Source: Ministeria vibrans ATCC 50519 (Eukaryota > Protista > Filasterea). From it: a stretch of 64,000 nt of DNA. A program made the translations under genes and the position numbers. Where the stretch lies: positions 1-64,000 of the forward strand of contig CALSCP010002159.1 of the NCBI GenBank assembly GCA_943704425.1. Direction: 5' to 3'. The notes beneath the pieces are model-generated. The model did not search any database. It was not told where the DNA came from and saw only the letters and a list, made by a program, of their open reading frames with translations. Positions 40,644 to 54,350 of the stretch are shown one piece after another (within the stretch, counting starts at the first letter, position 1; each line of letters starts with the position of its first letter).

Positions 40644-40868
40644 TAGATAGATAGAGATAGAGAGAGAGAAACAAAGTGATAGAGAGAAACAAAGCGATAG
40701 AGAGAGAGAAAGAGAGAGTGAGGAGGGAGAAAGAAAGAAAGTGATAGAGAGAGAGAGAGAGAGAGAGAGGAAAAACACAATATTAATTGTGTGTGTTTGT
40801 GTATGTGTGTGTGTGTCTTTGTGTTGTGTGTGTGTGTCTGATGGACTGCGATGTTGTGGTTGTTGTAG

Positions 40869-41950
40869 CGCTGAGTCAGAATATGGGAAGTACGACTGCG
40901 CTTCCGACGCACACGCAAGTTGAAGTGGTGCGCTTTGAGTCGGTCAGCGAAGGCGTCTCGTCGTACATTGCCTACGTCATTCATGTGCGCTGCAGACACG
41001 AAGAATGGACCGTCACTCGGCGTTACACCGACTTTTTTGAGTTCTCAAAGCAGGTTAACAAAGCATACTCTTTCATTTATATCATAGTATTAATGATGAC
41101 TGTTAACTAACTACATGTCACTCCTGTTTTACCTGTTTACTTTTTTATATATAGGTTTCTCGTCTGTTTCAACTTCCCGTCCCGTTTCCGCCCAAACGAT
41201 TCAAGTTCCTATCGCGCGGTGACGAGTTTGTCGAAGAGCGACGGCACAAGCTGGACTTGTACGTGCGCCATGCCGTTATGGCCTTCCTCATGGTCCCCAT
41301 GTCGATGGTCCAGCTCCACCCATGCAGGCGCACCCTTTGCGAGACTATTCCCTTTCTTGATCCCACCATGCACAATTATTCCCAGTTGACCTTTGGACGC
41401 TCTGCAATGGGATCGCAGAGTGCGGGCCTCGAAGAGACACCCAGTACGAAAAACAAAAAGAAAGAATGATGTTGAGAGATAGGAGGGAGAGAGGAGGGAG
41501 GGACGGAGAAAGAAACAAAGTGATAGAGAGAGGGAAAAAGAAACAAAAGGAGGTTGAGAGAATCAAAGTGATGGCGAGTGTGTGTGTGTGTGTGTGTGAT
41601 TGTGTGTGAGAGATCGAGAGCCTGATACAAATGACTCGTCGTGGACAGGAACACGTCCTTCAGCACAACCCACACCGCGACGCACCCCCGCACCCCTGCT
41701 CCACCCTGTCCTCTCTTCATCTTCAACAACAGCAGCAACAACAGCAGGAGCCGGAGCGCCGTCATCCAGGTCGCCCCCTCAGAGCCGCCTCTCGTTTGGT
41801 CATCAGTCTCCGTCGCCTACACCCCTCGAATTCGACGCAGACGACCCTTTTGATTTGCCCTCTGGTCGTCCTCCCTCTCCCTTACGCACTTACTCAGTTG
41901 TACTCAGAGACAACCCACTTTTTGCAAACGATGACTCTCCTTACTCCTGA
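40869..41950 (+). CDS. C-terminal PX-domain fragment (KIF16B/SNX29-type)
   Basis: EEWTVTRRYTDF, FPPKRF, FVEERRHKLDLYVR, CRRTLCETIPFL. Begins at a splice acceptor after (AG)n. Confidence 0.8.
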
Positions 41951-42002
41951 AACTGTGAAACGCACAATAATTTAAACCAATACTCTCAATTAAAAACCAT
42001 TA

Positions 42003-42405
42003 TTATAATTCTTTTAAAGTACAATAGTCAGTGGACAATACTATTTGTGACTGTCGTGCAAAAAACGACCGAATCATCTCCTCCACACCCAAAAGATCAG
42101 ACCGCACAACTAAACCCTCTCGTTCTCGTCTAAGTGTAGACGTGATAGATTGTCATTAAGTGAATGAGTGAGTGAGTGAGTGGATTGTTCGTTTGAAGTA
42201 TCACTCACCTGAGAGAGTCAACGAGAGCGTGATCATCGACCATTGAACAGTGAGTGATGTCAAGAAAGCGCAATGAGTCGCAACACGCACCGATCTCCTC
42301 GATAATCTCATTTGTGACCCACTGAGAAGAGAGGAAGAGAGGAGAGGAGAAGGAAACAAAGTGAGACAGAGAGAGAAAGAGAGAGAGAAAAAGAGAGTGA
42401 GTGAG

Positions 42406-42444
<39 letters not shown>

Positions 42445-43517
42445 ATGGAGAAAGAAACAAAGTGATAGAGAGAGAATGGAGAAAGAAACAAAGTGATAGA
42501 GAGAGAAAGAAACAAAGTGATAGAGAGAGAATGGAGAAAGAAAAAAAGTGATAGAAACAAAGTGATAGAGAGAGAAAACGATTATGATAAATTCTCGAGA
42601 TACAAATGATAATGAGAAAGACCGTCACACTAAAAAAAAGATTAATTCCTCTTACTATGTTCCGATTGAGTGAGAGTGAGTGTAACGAGTGGCCTGAAGC
42701 GCGCAAAAAGTTCACAAACGACACAGGAAAGGAAATTCCATAAGTGGAATCGAGAGAGAGAGACGTCAGGTTGGAAGCAGAGCAAAGGACGGTCAAAAAG
42801 GAGTCGGGAAAGTACGAGTTGCGCACTGAGAGGGATTTGAGTCGCAATGGAGACTTGAGAATGAGACGATTAATGTGCTACAAGACAACGAATAAGTCCA
42901 AGAAGATCAAAAGTGAAACATTTATTTCGCTTGACATGAATACCTCTGAATCTGCGGTTCTCCAATGGTCCATTTGAATTGAGTCCAGTTGTGGACAGTG
43001 AGTCCAAACCTGAAAAAATACAATCAAAAACAAACAAACAAACATGTAAGTTACCTTTGCGAGTGAGGAGTGAGTGAGACGATCGCAGTGTGCGAGGCCA
43101 AGGGAACGAATGGCGCCCAGTGAAGGCAGAACGCGTTCAAAAGTATCGTCGTTAAGATCCCACCCGTCGAAGGAAATGTGGCGGACGTGTGCGAGCACTC
43201 CAATGTGGTCCAGGAGCTGCACACACAAACATCGCTCAATCCGGAGTGGAGAAAAATCGCATCTTAATATCTTTCGATACCTCAACAAAGGCAAGTGGAT
43301 CAAAACGAAAAAGACGTTGGAACAGAGCGGCTGCGACAGCGCCAGGCGGAAAGAGCAGCGGAGGAGGCGCACAGAGGGGCTGTCGCACGTCGTTGGCGGA
43401 CACGGCGGTCCACAGCTGCCGCTCGCGCACAATGCGACTCCACCGCTGCGACACACGCCACAACGCGATAGACAAAACAGTAAGACGATATAGCGTGAAT
43501 TGCAGCGTCGCCATTCG

Positions 43518-43548
<31 letters not shown>

Positions 43549-43830
43549 GTGCATCGTTTGCGATATTTTTGACAGTTGTGCGTCCAAGCGTACCCGACAG
43601 ACCCCGAGAAGCGCCATGAGTGATGCAGCACCAGCATGACCAAATATCATAACCAGAAGTTCGTCGGGGAGCCTGTTGATGTGCGTCCCGACTTGTGGCG
43701 CAGTCGACCGTTTGAACTTGGCGCGCAAAATTGCATTTCTGAAAATTGAAACGCGTCAAAAAAGCGAAAGGGGAGCTCTTTACGGGTTGTACTCGCTCGT
43801 GCGTGTGGTCAAAGGCCCCCGACCCAGCAT
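42003..43830 (-). CDS. F-box/LRR protein
   Basis: MLGRGPL...|HINRLPDELLVMIF...RVSQRWSRIVRERQLW followed by LRRs (IRSLGLAHCDRLT, LKSLSVRN, LTSLSLD). Confidence 0.8.
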
Positions 43831-43946
43831 TCTGAGAAAATAGTGACTTCCGTGATCAGTCTTCACAGACTGTTTGAGTTGAGACTTCAAAAGTTTCATC
43901 AGAGATCACTCACAAGACATTAGTCATTTTTGTTGTTACTCTCGCC

Positions 43947-46361
43947 ATGCGGGTGTCGATGGACTTGAACATCGTCCGACGTCTAAGAGCGAGGGAATTG
44001 GGTTCGCGTCGTCGTGGCACGCAGCTGCGACAGAATCGGTATGCCAACCAGTCGTGCTGTCCCGGCTGGACGCCCCTCGGCTCATTCTCGCGACGTCCTC
44101 TTGTTCTCCAGGATCATGTACACCAACATCGTGCCTGGGTTCTCTGTGCGCGACTGTACTGTGCCCAATGTAATCGTTCGCAAATTCTCGTCGGACGGTC
44201 GTTGGCTTGTCTGCTTCTCGCGCTCCAGCAGCGCCCTTGTCGTCTACAGATTCACCGTACGTACCCTCCCCACCCCTTGTGCATGTACCTCCGCGCCGTC
44301 TCGCTGCGTTTCCGTGTGATGTCTTGGATGCGACAGTGAGTTCACTTTCGTCGTGCGTCTCTTCATAGGGCGTCTCTCCGCCCAGCGCTGACTTGCTTAC
44401 CGCCGAAGGAGCGCAGGAGTTTGCTAGAGTATCTGCATGGAGTACTTTTTTTGTTGAGATACACTCGGTTATTCTCTCGAATGGCGGAAGTGAGTTGCAA
44501 AAGGTAAGTCTGACACCACTCATCACGTTTCCCTCTCTCTCTCTGTGTACCTCTCTCTCACTGTGCATCTATCTCTATCACTGTGCATCTCTCTCTATTA
44601 CCATCACTTTGTATCTCTCTTTCTCATTCTCCCTCTCTCTTTTACTTGTTTCTTTCTCCCTTCTCTCTCATTATACCTTGTTTCTCTAACCCACCTCTCT
44701 CTTCGCTTTTAGGACTTTTGTTTGTTCTCCGAGAACCACAAGTATGTCATTGTTGGAGGATCGTCGATTGCGACCGACGAGGCGACGGGTGCATCACTCA
44801 CGTCGACGTATTGTAGTACATATCATTTGCGAAACAGTAAGACACTCTAGTGTGTTGAGCTTTTGCTTGATTTATTATTATTATTATTATTATTTTGTGG
44901 TGAGTGTAGCCACCCTTTATGTGGTAGACCTTGCAACAGGAATTGTGTGTGGTCAGCGGACATTTATGCGGGACTGGGTGACTCTGGCGTCTTCGCAAGG
45001 GGTGTTCCTGCACGACGATGTGCTCTGTGTGACACTACAAGAGTCCCAAACGCTTCAACTGCTTCATCTCCGTCCTGACGGTTCTCTCGTTGACCTGCAC
45101 GCCATTGGGCCGTTCTGTTACGATGACGATCGTCTTGTACTGGCTCGCACAGATAGCGCGACGAGACGATCAACACAGTCAACACCGACACCTGCGCGCT
45201 CCACGCCCTCGACATCGACTTCAACTACGACAACCACCGCCACAAACACCGCCACAACCACCGCTACAGCCGCCGCCACAGCCACAGCCACAGCCACAGC
45301 CACAGCCACAGCCACAGCCACAGCCACATCCGCCACCTTTTCCTTTCAGCCCGCCATTAACCTACTTCCACCGCGCCTTGCCTTTGTCCCATCCACCAGC
45401 AATACTACTCCTGCGACCTTCCGGCCCGTCACTCTCCCCTCCACTAGCAATGCTTCTGCCGTTCCCGGCACTTCCACTCTCTCCATGCTCCTGACAGTAA
45501 GATAGAAACACATTGTGTGTGCGCTGCACAGCAGACCGTTTGATTCTGATTGGTTTTGGTGTGATTGTCAGCCCAACGTTGACGATGCAATGTCGACGTG
45601 GGGCACAGGAACTCTCGAGCGACCCTCACAGTGCATCTCAGGACTCATTCAACGTCTTCTCTCGTATGCCCATTTAAATTGTGATTGCTCTGACTTTGAC
45701 GTGTCTTTTTTCTGTCTCCGTCTGTCACTGCGTGTAGCCATCTGTACCGCCAAGCATTGCGTAAACGGCAAGGCGGAGACATTGACGCTCTGCACTCGTT
45801 CTATTCCCAATTTGAGCAGGTACGCAAGTTTTTGGTGCATGCGCGCAAGCACCCTTTTCTTCCTTGACACGCCTGCACTCGTTGCTTTTCTCTTTTCCCT
45901 CAGGTTGCGTCGCTGTGCATCCAACGCGCGCAATTCCTTGACGCGAACCACCTGCTCATCCGGCTTACCCTGCCATCGCTTCTCAACGCACGCACTACCA
46001 CCACCGGCACAACCTTTGCGCTTCTTGTCATCTACTCCATCGCTACCACCGACATTCTCTCTGTGTTCGACACGCAAAGTGAGCAGCTTCTCCGTCTCTT
46101 TGAGCACCACTCCGCCTTCTTTCTGCATCCTCAGTCCTCCCAGGCCCACCTCAGCACCCCCTCATCCAGCATCTTTGCGCGTGATCTCATGCTACGTCAA
46201 AAGTTTGCTGTCAATAGTGCACACAATGGCGGAAAGGTGCAGGCGACGCGACGGGTGCTTGCCACTCTCCCGTTTTGCTGCCAAGTATGATGTTTTTTGT
46301 TCTTCTCTGTGTATGTGTATGTGTATGTGTATGTGAATGTGTATGTGAATGTGTATGTGAA

Positions 46362-46398
<37 letters not shown>

Positions 46399-46882
46399 GT
46401 GTAAAGTGCGAGTGTAAATCTGTGCACACTGACTGTGTCTCTCTGTCTGTCTTACTCTCTCGTGCACTTTCCCGTAGAGTCTGGCCGAGACGCCCTACTT
46501 TGACCACGACCTGTTTGTCTACGACGACAAACTCATTTCTGCTGCGTATCGAATCCGCCAAATCAGCGAATATCCCATCAAATTCCATTCAAGAAAGGTC
46601 CGTCACTGTTTCGCTGACACAGTAAAAGTTGATTTTGTTTTGCTCGTTTCTGCCTAGACTGGCAAAGTCCTGTTTCGCATTCCAACCGACAAAGCACAAT
46701 CGTCCCATGAGAATGGACCGAGACCCAAAAGAGCTGCAAAGTAACATTCACACATATTCTCCGTCCCGACTGACACACCGCGCACATCTAGTTTTGTCTT
46801 TCATCCGTTTCTGCCCTTTGTCCTTTCGGTCCAACACACGATTCATAATCCCGCCACTGTGAATATCCACTTTAAAACTTAA
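43947..46882 (+). CDS. DET1: DET1 (de-etiolated 1) CRL4 adaptor
   Basis: NIVRRLRARELG, VRKFSSDGRWLVCFS, IGPFCYDDD, ISGLIQRLLS, RRVLATLPFCCQ|SLAETPYFD..LFVYDDK, FHPFLPFVLS. Confidence 0.92.
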
Positions 46883-47178
46883 AAAATGAACATTGTATAA
46901 TAATATTGTGAAACGCTACGCAAGCATCGAGAGGGAGCGGAGCCTGATAGACTGGTGTGCAAATAAGGACGCGATAGCACCAAAATAAATACCTCAATGA
47001 TTATTGGTTAATTTGTGAGTGATTCGTGAAGAATATTTTTATTGTGTGTTTTCCTTTGTGATATCCCGAATAAGTCAAAATAAGTAAACTCATGACGATT
47101 GATAAAAAAAATAAAAATATATAAAAATCACTTTTCTCCCTGTCGTCCAGACCACCCCCCCCGCCAGCGCATCTTCCG

Positions 47179-50100
47179 ATGGCCGATCCGAGTGGCCGCG
47201 GGTCCGACAGCGCCGCTGCGCCGCCCGTCCTTGCCGAACTGCGATCGCTCGACGGTGTGCAGCAGCCCATTTCACGCACCACTCGCGTCAAGGTACCCTT
47301 CTTCGTCCCTCCTTCCTCCTCCTTCCCGTCGTTTTCTCCATATTTGCGCCTTCATGTTTCTGAGAGAAGGAAAAATATCTCAACTTTCGTCCAACTTTTT
47401 TCATCCTCAGTACACTTGTGTGGCCGTTTGCGACCGGTTCCTGGCCGTCGGGGCAAACACTGGTGGAGTATACTTCTTTGAGCGACGAACTTTGCGCTAT
47501 TTACAGGTATGTGTGTGTGTGGTATGAGAGAGAGTGATCTGAGACTCCAAAATGAAAAATAAAAACCTGTGTGTTTCTCTCTTCTAGGTTGTCTCGCACA
47601 AGCACGAATACGGCGCAGCGACATGTCTTCGGTTTGCTGCAGACAACAACCATCTTGCTGTGGGCTTTGCCAAAGGGTTTGTCACTGTCTGGGCGACAAA
47701 CTTGCGAAGTCTCAAACTGAAGGAAAAGGTACTTTGTGTGTGTGTGTCAGATCCACCTCCCTCTCTCACACTCACCCGGTATTATTTTCAAAAAAACCCC
47801 CTTTTGTAGCAACTGGCCGTGGTCACGGACTTGCGTGATTCGCCCGTCGTCGATTTGGCATGGGACGACCGCACCATGGTGCTGTTTGCTGGCGACGAGC
47901 GCGGTTGGATCAGTCAGACGCGCGTGAAGACCTCTCACTCCAAGGCGCTGTTCAACTCGACTGAAATTGTCTACCGTGCCGAACATGTAGTGCAACTGTC
48001 CTTTTGCGAGACGCGCCTACTGGTGAGCACCCGAACACGCTGCTTTGTGCTCGACACCGAACACCAAAAGTGCATCCCGGTTGGCAGTAAACCGCGCGAT
48101 GGCGCCTATGGCGCGTGCATTGTACACCCCGCAGGGCGTCCCACTTCGGTGGTGTTTGCAGCGCGACCCGGCTCGCGTGTATGGGAAGCATCGCCTTTGG
48201 ACGGCTCGGTTGTGTCCACGCTGCCCTTCAAGCCCATTCTCTCGTCGATGCCTTCGTCGCCTCTCGTGAGCGTGTCGCGTCCCCAGCTGGTTGGCGGCGC
48301 CCAGGGTCATCCATCCGTGGTATTTTCGCGTCTCCAGTGCACCTCAGAGGGTCTATTGGTCGCGTACGCAGACAGTCGTGTATTTCTGATGGATCCTGTT
48401 GCAACACGCATTGTTGCTTGGCTGCATTTTGGCGAAGACACACACTTTGTCAGCATGACTGTGACAGGCAACACTGCCTATCTCATTACGACCGCATCAC
48501 GTCTGCACGAGCTTGAGGTGCTTCTTCCGCGATTTTGTGCGTCACGTCTCTATGCCGTTGGTGCCTTTGTGCAGTGTGCGGCCTTTCTCTGGCTCAGCGA
48601 TCCGTCGGTGCGCAACCGTGTGCTTGAGCGCATTCTTCTTGAGCTGCGCGCCACCGTCGCTGCCAACGAGGACGCATGTGGCTGCACGATTGCTCAGTGG
48701 GACGCCGCCACGGAGATTGCCGCGGCGGCCCAGCTCAAGAGTGACGGCGACACTGACCTACTGAGTATGGCGGGTGACTTGGATGCAGGTGACACTGCCA
48801 GCACCTTCTTTGACGACGACACCGCCTTTAGCGAATGTACTGCCGATCTCGACGACTCCATCTCGCGTCCTACCATTACCAATTTATACGCAAGCAATGC
48901 CAGCATGCTATCTTCCTCTCCGCCGGTGGCTCATGCAAACTCCCATAAGTCTCCTCTGTCCTCATCACCGGTCGCCTCGTCGCCGTTCATTCCGGGCGTT
49001 GTCACCGTACGTCGTCCCGACGACTCTCTCGACGAGAAACCCTTTTTGCGCAGCGCCTCGTCCACTTCGAGTGCGGCTGGCGAGAGACATTCCTCTTCTA
49101 TTGCACCAGCAGTAGTGGCAGCGGCAGTTGTAGATGAGTCTGTGCTAACCCCCAAGGCTGAGCCTGTGCCCGAAGTCGCCGTACTGCCTTTGATCGCGGA
49201 CGACTCAACGACCGACCGTGTTGCCCCGCCCGTTGAGCCAGTCGCTGCCGAGTCGTTTGTCGACGCGGAATTTGAAGCAACACCATTGGCAGTGGCGGTG
49301 GCAGTGGAGAAGGAGGAAAAGGAGGAAAAGAAAGAAGACGAGGTGGCGAAGACAGCGGAGCGAGAAGCGGTGGAGATGGTCGCCGCACCATCAGTGGTGT
49401 CCACGACGGAACCGACCACGATTGCTGAGTGCGAAATCACGGAGCCAGCAGCCCCCATCGTGGAGTTGGCAGGTACACCAGAGGGTATCACCGACGCAAC
49501 CCCAGAACCTGCCTCAGAGATTGAATCAACACCTGAGCCAGTGACCGCGCTGACACCTGAGCCAACACCTGAGCCAGCGTCTGAGCCAACTTCTGAACCA
49601 GTGGCTGAGCCAACACCTGAGCCAGCGTCTGAGCCAACTTCTGAACCAGTGGCTGAGCCAACACCTGAGCCAGCGTCTGAGCCAACACCTGAGCCAGCGT
49701 CTGAGCCAACACCTGAGCCAGCGCCTGAGCCAATTTCTGAACCAGTGGCTGAGCCAACACCTGAGCCAGCGTGTGAGCCAATTTCTGAATCAGTGGCTGA
49801 GCCAACACCTGAGCCAGCGTCTGAGCCAATTTCTGAACCAGTGGCTGAGCCAACACCTGAGCCAGCGTCTGAGCCAATTTCTGAACCAGTGGCTGAGCCA
49901 ACACCTGAGACAGCGTCTGAGCCAACACTTGAGCCAGAGGCCGAGCCAACACCTGAGGCAGCGCCTGAGCCAATTTCTGAACCAGCGTCTGAGCCAGCGA
50001 TTGAGACTTTGTCTAAGCCAGTCACCGAGCTAACACCCGAGCCAGCGTCCGAGCCAGTACATGAAATGTCGCCTGTGCTATTGCCTGAATCAGCAACTGA

Positions 50101-53100
50101 GCCCGCCCCTGAGCCAACACGTGAGCCAACACTTGTGCCACCATCTGAATCAACACGCGAGCCAACACCTGAGCCTCAACAACCCATCGCCTCTCCCTCT
50201 ACGTCTGCGCCTGAGCTCATCGACACACCTGCGCTGGACGCAACCGAATCGATCGGTGTGGATGAAGGGGCGAGCGGAGAGAAGAAGAAAAAGAAGAAGA
50301 AGAAGGCCAAGATGAAGCGCGCCATTGTCGACTTGGACGCACCCACTGTGTCGCGTGCTTCTCTTGTTGACTTTGCCCTGCCCTCTACCGTAGTGCTTCA
50401 GCCGGAGACGGTCGCATCTCCTTCCACGACAACAACAACGGCAACAACAACAACAACAACGGCAACAACAACATCAGTGTCAACAACACCAGCAACTGCA
50501 ACTATAACTACAAGAACAGCCGCAACAACAGCAACAGCAACAGCAACATCATCAACTGTAACGACAACTTTGCCAGTTCTCGAGTCGCCACTTCCTCCCC
50601 CTATCCAGGTCGCAGCTGAACCCACACCTGCTGAGCCCGCTGCTCTTGTTGTTGTGTCTTCTGAGGTCGCTTCTGAAACTACCCTCGAAACAGCTCCTGA
50701 GACGACTTTAGAACAATCACCTGAGGCTGCACCCGCATCGCCTTTACCCGAAACCGAATCTACGCAAGAGGATACCACACCGCCGCTAGTACCCAAGCCG
50801 ACACCCGAACCTACTGCGAAGGAAGAGCCTGCTGTTGCAGCGGAAGATAGCGCCATGTCTGATGTTGACACTTCGCCTGCTTCACCCACCGAGGAGGAGG
50901 AGGTTGCGTCGCCGCCTGTGATGTTCTCATCATCACCACCCACTGTGGGATCGGCTCTCGAGTCCATTGACGAGGGCAAGAAGAAGCGTTCGACGACGTC
51001 GCTGCTGACCACCGCTACGTCTGCGTCGTCATCGTCGTCGTCGCTGTCCCTCTCGTCGACGATCGCGCAGAAGAAGAAGAAGAAGACGACGCGCGTGACA
51101 GACATTGAACCGGCGGTGGCAGTGACGCCCAAGAAGAAGAAGGGGGCGCGGCAGGTGAGCCATATTCTGTTGGGGCCCGGCGAAGCTTTTGTCGAGTCGA
51201 GCGGATCGCGCGCGATGCCCGGCTCAAGCGGACCTAACTCAGAGTCGGCAAGTCTGGCTGGCGGTGATCTTGCCGATGTGCCTCCCGTTGAAATGGAGAG
51301 TCTCCACTCGGCCTTTCACAGCGGGTCACTCGAGGTGGCGACCACGCCCGACGCGAGTGGTGACTTGCTTGTGACAAGTGTGACGGCACGCTCATCCTTT
51401 GACGCCGGTGGTGAAGATCCTTTTGACGCACGCAATACGATAAGTGTAGCAGGCACACCGCTCGTTGCGAGCCCCTCCAGTGCTCTTATTGCTCCTCCCT
51501 TTGCCGATGAGGACGACGAAGACGACAGCGAATTGATTTTGCGCTTTGTTGAACTGTCGCGTTCCATACAGCTGTCGCGTGCGGCGCCACACATTCTGCG
51601 CGATTGGCTCGTGCAACTCGACCGGTTTAGTTTGGGCCATCCAAGACACCAGCAGCCACGTCGATCTGGGGGCACACAGGATGTGTCGCCGGGCGCACGT
51701 GAGTGCATTTCGGCCTTACTGTGGGCGTGCATTGAGACGGGTGCTGTGGGTGCCGCAACGAGTGCGGAGTGGGACGACGTACAGGTGGCGCAGACAATTG
51801 AGCGTCACCACTGGTGGCTTAATGTGGGCGACACTGCTGTGTTGTGCAACCGACGGCAGGCTGGCCAGTGCTTGCGCGTGCTGCGCAGCATTGGTGCAGT
51901 GCGGTCGGAACGCGACTCACGTCGTCGTGAAGTGGACAAGGTACTGTCGGCGAGTCGTACCGATGTTCGTCGTGCCGTCGAGCTGTTGCGTCAATTTGGT
52001 CTGCCTGACGGCCTTCCCTTTGTGCTCGGGCACCTTCCGCGTTTGTTTGCCCTTGATAGGACACTTGCCGCCGCGTTTTGCGCCGACAGTCACCCGTACG
52101 TGCTCCCACACAATGTGATATCGCCATTCGACGGGGAGCACATTGACGACAATGGAGTGATTGCCTACCTGTCGCTGCTGCTGCTCGACGAGAGCAATGG
52201 GCGCGCGGCGCTCGGGTATCGCCACGATGGGGCGCTTGTGCAGCAGTGGGTACAGTTGTGTCTGCGCACAGGCGCACCGCCGCTCGACACTGTGGTGGCG
52301 GTGGGTGATGGTGAGCCGTGTGCTCAGGCACACAAAGCGCAGTGGCGTTATGGGTCACATTTGGATCGTGTTGTAGCGCTGCAACAAGGGAGCGGTTGTG
52401 ACAGTGGCAAGAGCTTGTCGTTGTTGTCATCGTCGTCGCCTGGGTATACTTTGGCATCGGCGGGGTGTGGTGTGCGTCTTGAGGCAGAGTGGTTGTTACG
52501 GGCACTGGTTGAGCATGGTTACTGGCCCGGAGTGGTTGAGATGCTGCTGGGCATGGGCGGCCAGGTTGCCGCAGTGGTCGACATTTTGCTGAGTCTCAGC
52601 GACGCCGACTACTTGTTTGCCAAGTTGCACGGGCGGGGACTCAAATTGCAACAGTGGGTTGACGTGTTGACACGCACAGTAGAACGCAGTGAGAATGGGA
52701 GTACCGGTGTGACGGTGACGGAGGTGGCGACGCGCCTGACGGGTGTGTTGGGACCGCATGCCATGTCGGACGCACTGACAGACCTGGGAGACGCCGTGCT
52801 TGCCCTGCTGCCTACCTCCTTCCCGCAGTGGCTGTTGTCGGTGTGTCGTGCGCGCAACAAGCAAGAGCAGGCGGTGCAAGAGCTGCTTGAGGCTGTCGAT
52901 TCGCACCTGTGGTCACACAAGACGTCGGCTTTGCCCACTCAAGCACAGTGGTTGGTTGCCGCTGAGACAGCCATTGCCGCGGGAACCGCCTCGCAAGAAA
53001 CAATTGACTTTGTTCAAAAGGTACCAACTCGATAGTAGTTTTGATAACTCTATAGTTTTTTTGTATTGACATTAACATTATGTGCGTAGTGTTCTGTGGT

Positions 53101-53529
53101 GTTTGAGATTGACACGCCGCTCCCGCGCGGCCTGGAGGAGGCCTCGAGTCACTGGGGCGTCACCATGGCCCGCATGGTTGGCGAGGCTTGTCCTTTTTGT
53201 CAGGTGAGCAAAGCGCGTAACCTGATTGACTTGCCGATTGTTAATAAGATTTATGATTGTTGTTGTTGTTGCTGTTGTTGTTGTGATTATTATTATTGTG
53301 ATTATTATTATTGTTGTTGTTATTGCATTTTTTGTTTTGTTTTTGTCGTTGTTGATTTTTTGTATTGCATTCGTAGTTACCATTGAACGAGCGACTGGGA
53401 CTCACTTCGACTCTGCTCGTTTTTGGCTGTGGGCATGTGTTCCATCGTGCCTGTCTGACTGAAGGTGCCTGTGCGCTGTGTTTCCAGCGTCATTTGAGTC
53501 AACAACACCGACAAATTTCAAGCTTGTAA
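47179..53529 (+). CDS. HPS5: HPS5/TECPR2-like WD40 protein (BLOC-2 type) with a long low-complexity middle and C-terminal RING-like finger
   Basis: YTCVAV..FLAVGANTGGVYFFER, LLVSTRTR, VGSKPRDGAYGAC, FAARPGSRVWEA. C-terminal CPFC...CGHVFHRAC...CALC. Confidence 0.78.
49552..49997 (+). repeat. Coding minisatellite of 12-nt subunits (EPTP/EPAS/EPIS/EPVA)
   Basis: GAGCCAACACCT/GAGCCAGCGTCT/GAACCAGTGGCT units in 24-48 nt higher-order repeats. Confidence 0.92.
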
Positions 53530-53615
53530 AATGCAAAAGGAAGCTCGTTTATATTCTTTTTTTTTTTGTGTACAATGTCAATGGCTGTTAAGAGAAAGAA
53601 GCATTAGTGCGTGAG

Positions 53616-54197
53616 TCAGTGGCTGGCGGAGGGCATGCGGCCGAGGGCAATCAGCCGGCGCACAGCGGGCATCCAGGAGGATGCCTCGGATGTGTGGCGG
53701 GTGACGATGAGGACGTGCTCCTCGTCGGCCTCTTGCCAGCGTGCGGCGTCGATGTGTGCGGCGAGTGCGTCGACCCGCAGACGCAGTTCGTCGGGAAGCT
53801 GGTTGGCGTCGAGCTTCTCGTAGAGGGTGTTGAGGCGTTTGGTGACGTCGTCTCGCATGCGTCGGGTCGCTGGCGTCGCATCAGAGGCGGGCAGGAGGGC
53901 GTGCAGGGCGTTGGTGAGGCGAGCGCGAATCAGCGCAATGTCGGGCGTGTCGACGGCCGCGGGCGACTCGGGGGCCGCTGATACTGTTGTGGTGTTGGCG
54001 ATGGGCAAGGTGGTGCATGGTGGAGGAGCTGTGGCCGACGTGGGGGGCGGTGCGGCCGTGGCAGCGGTGGTTGACGGACTTGCAGCGACAGCGCGACGGT
54101 GAGCATGCCGATCGCGTTTGGGAGCATTTTCCGACGCCTCTATTACATCGGGAGTGTCGTTCCAGCCCCGTGGCGCAGCCTCGTACGACCTAGACAT
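53616..54197 (-). CDS. SRA1: SRA1/SRAP-like protein
   Basis: N-terminal RGWNDTP, Pro-rich linker, C-terminal DDVTKRLNTL...SSWMPAVRRLI (SRA1/Sec31-C helical domain). Confidence 0.8.
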   Translation of the reverse strand: MSRSYEAAPRGWNDTPDVIEASENAPKRDRHAHRRAVAASPSTTAATAAPPPTSATAPPPCTTLPIANTTTVSAAPESPAAVDTPDIALIRARLTNALHALLPASDATPATRRMRDDVTKRLNTLYEKLDANQLPDELRLRVDALAAHIDAARWQEADEEHVLIVTRHTSEASSWMPAVRRLIALGRMPSASH

Positions 54198-54350
54198 GTG
54201 AATAATGCGAATATGAATATTTTTATGATTCATAATTTTATTTTTGAATTTTGGGTCAGTTAAATATCTTTGTTTGCAAATAGTCTCTCCGTCCTCCTAC
54301 GCCGCCTTCTCCCTTTCTCCGTTTCTCTCAGTAGAGACTTTACATATACG

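Noticed and set aside
43770-43835. GC-rich stem in the F-box/DET1 spacer as an ncRNA
   Set aside because: It is explained as the first coding exon and donor of the F-box gene.
48931-50025. Antisense ORFs with GSDAGSGV or AQTLAQVL repeats
   Set aside because: They are shadows of the coding EP minisatellite on the + strand.
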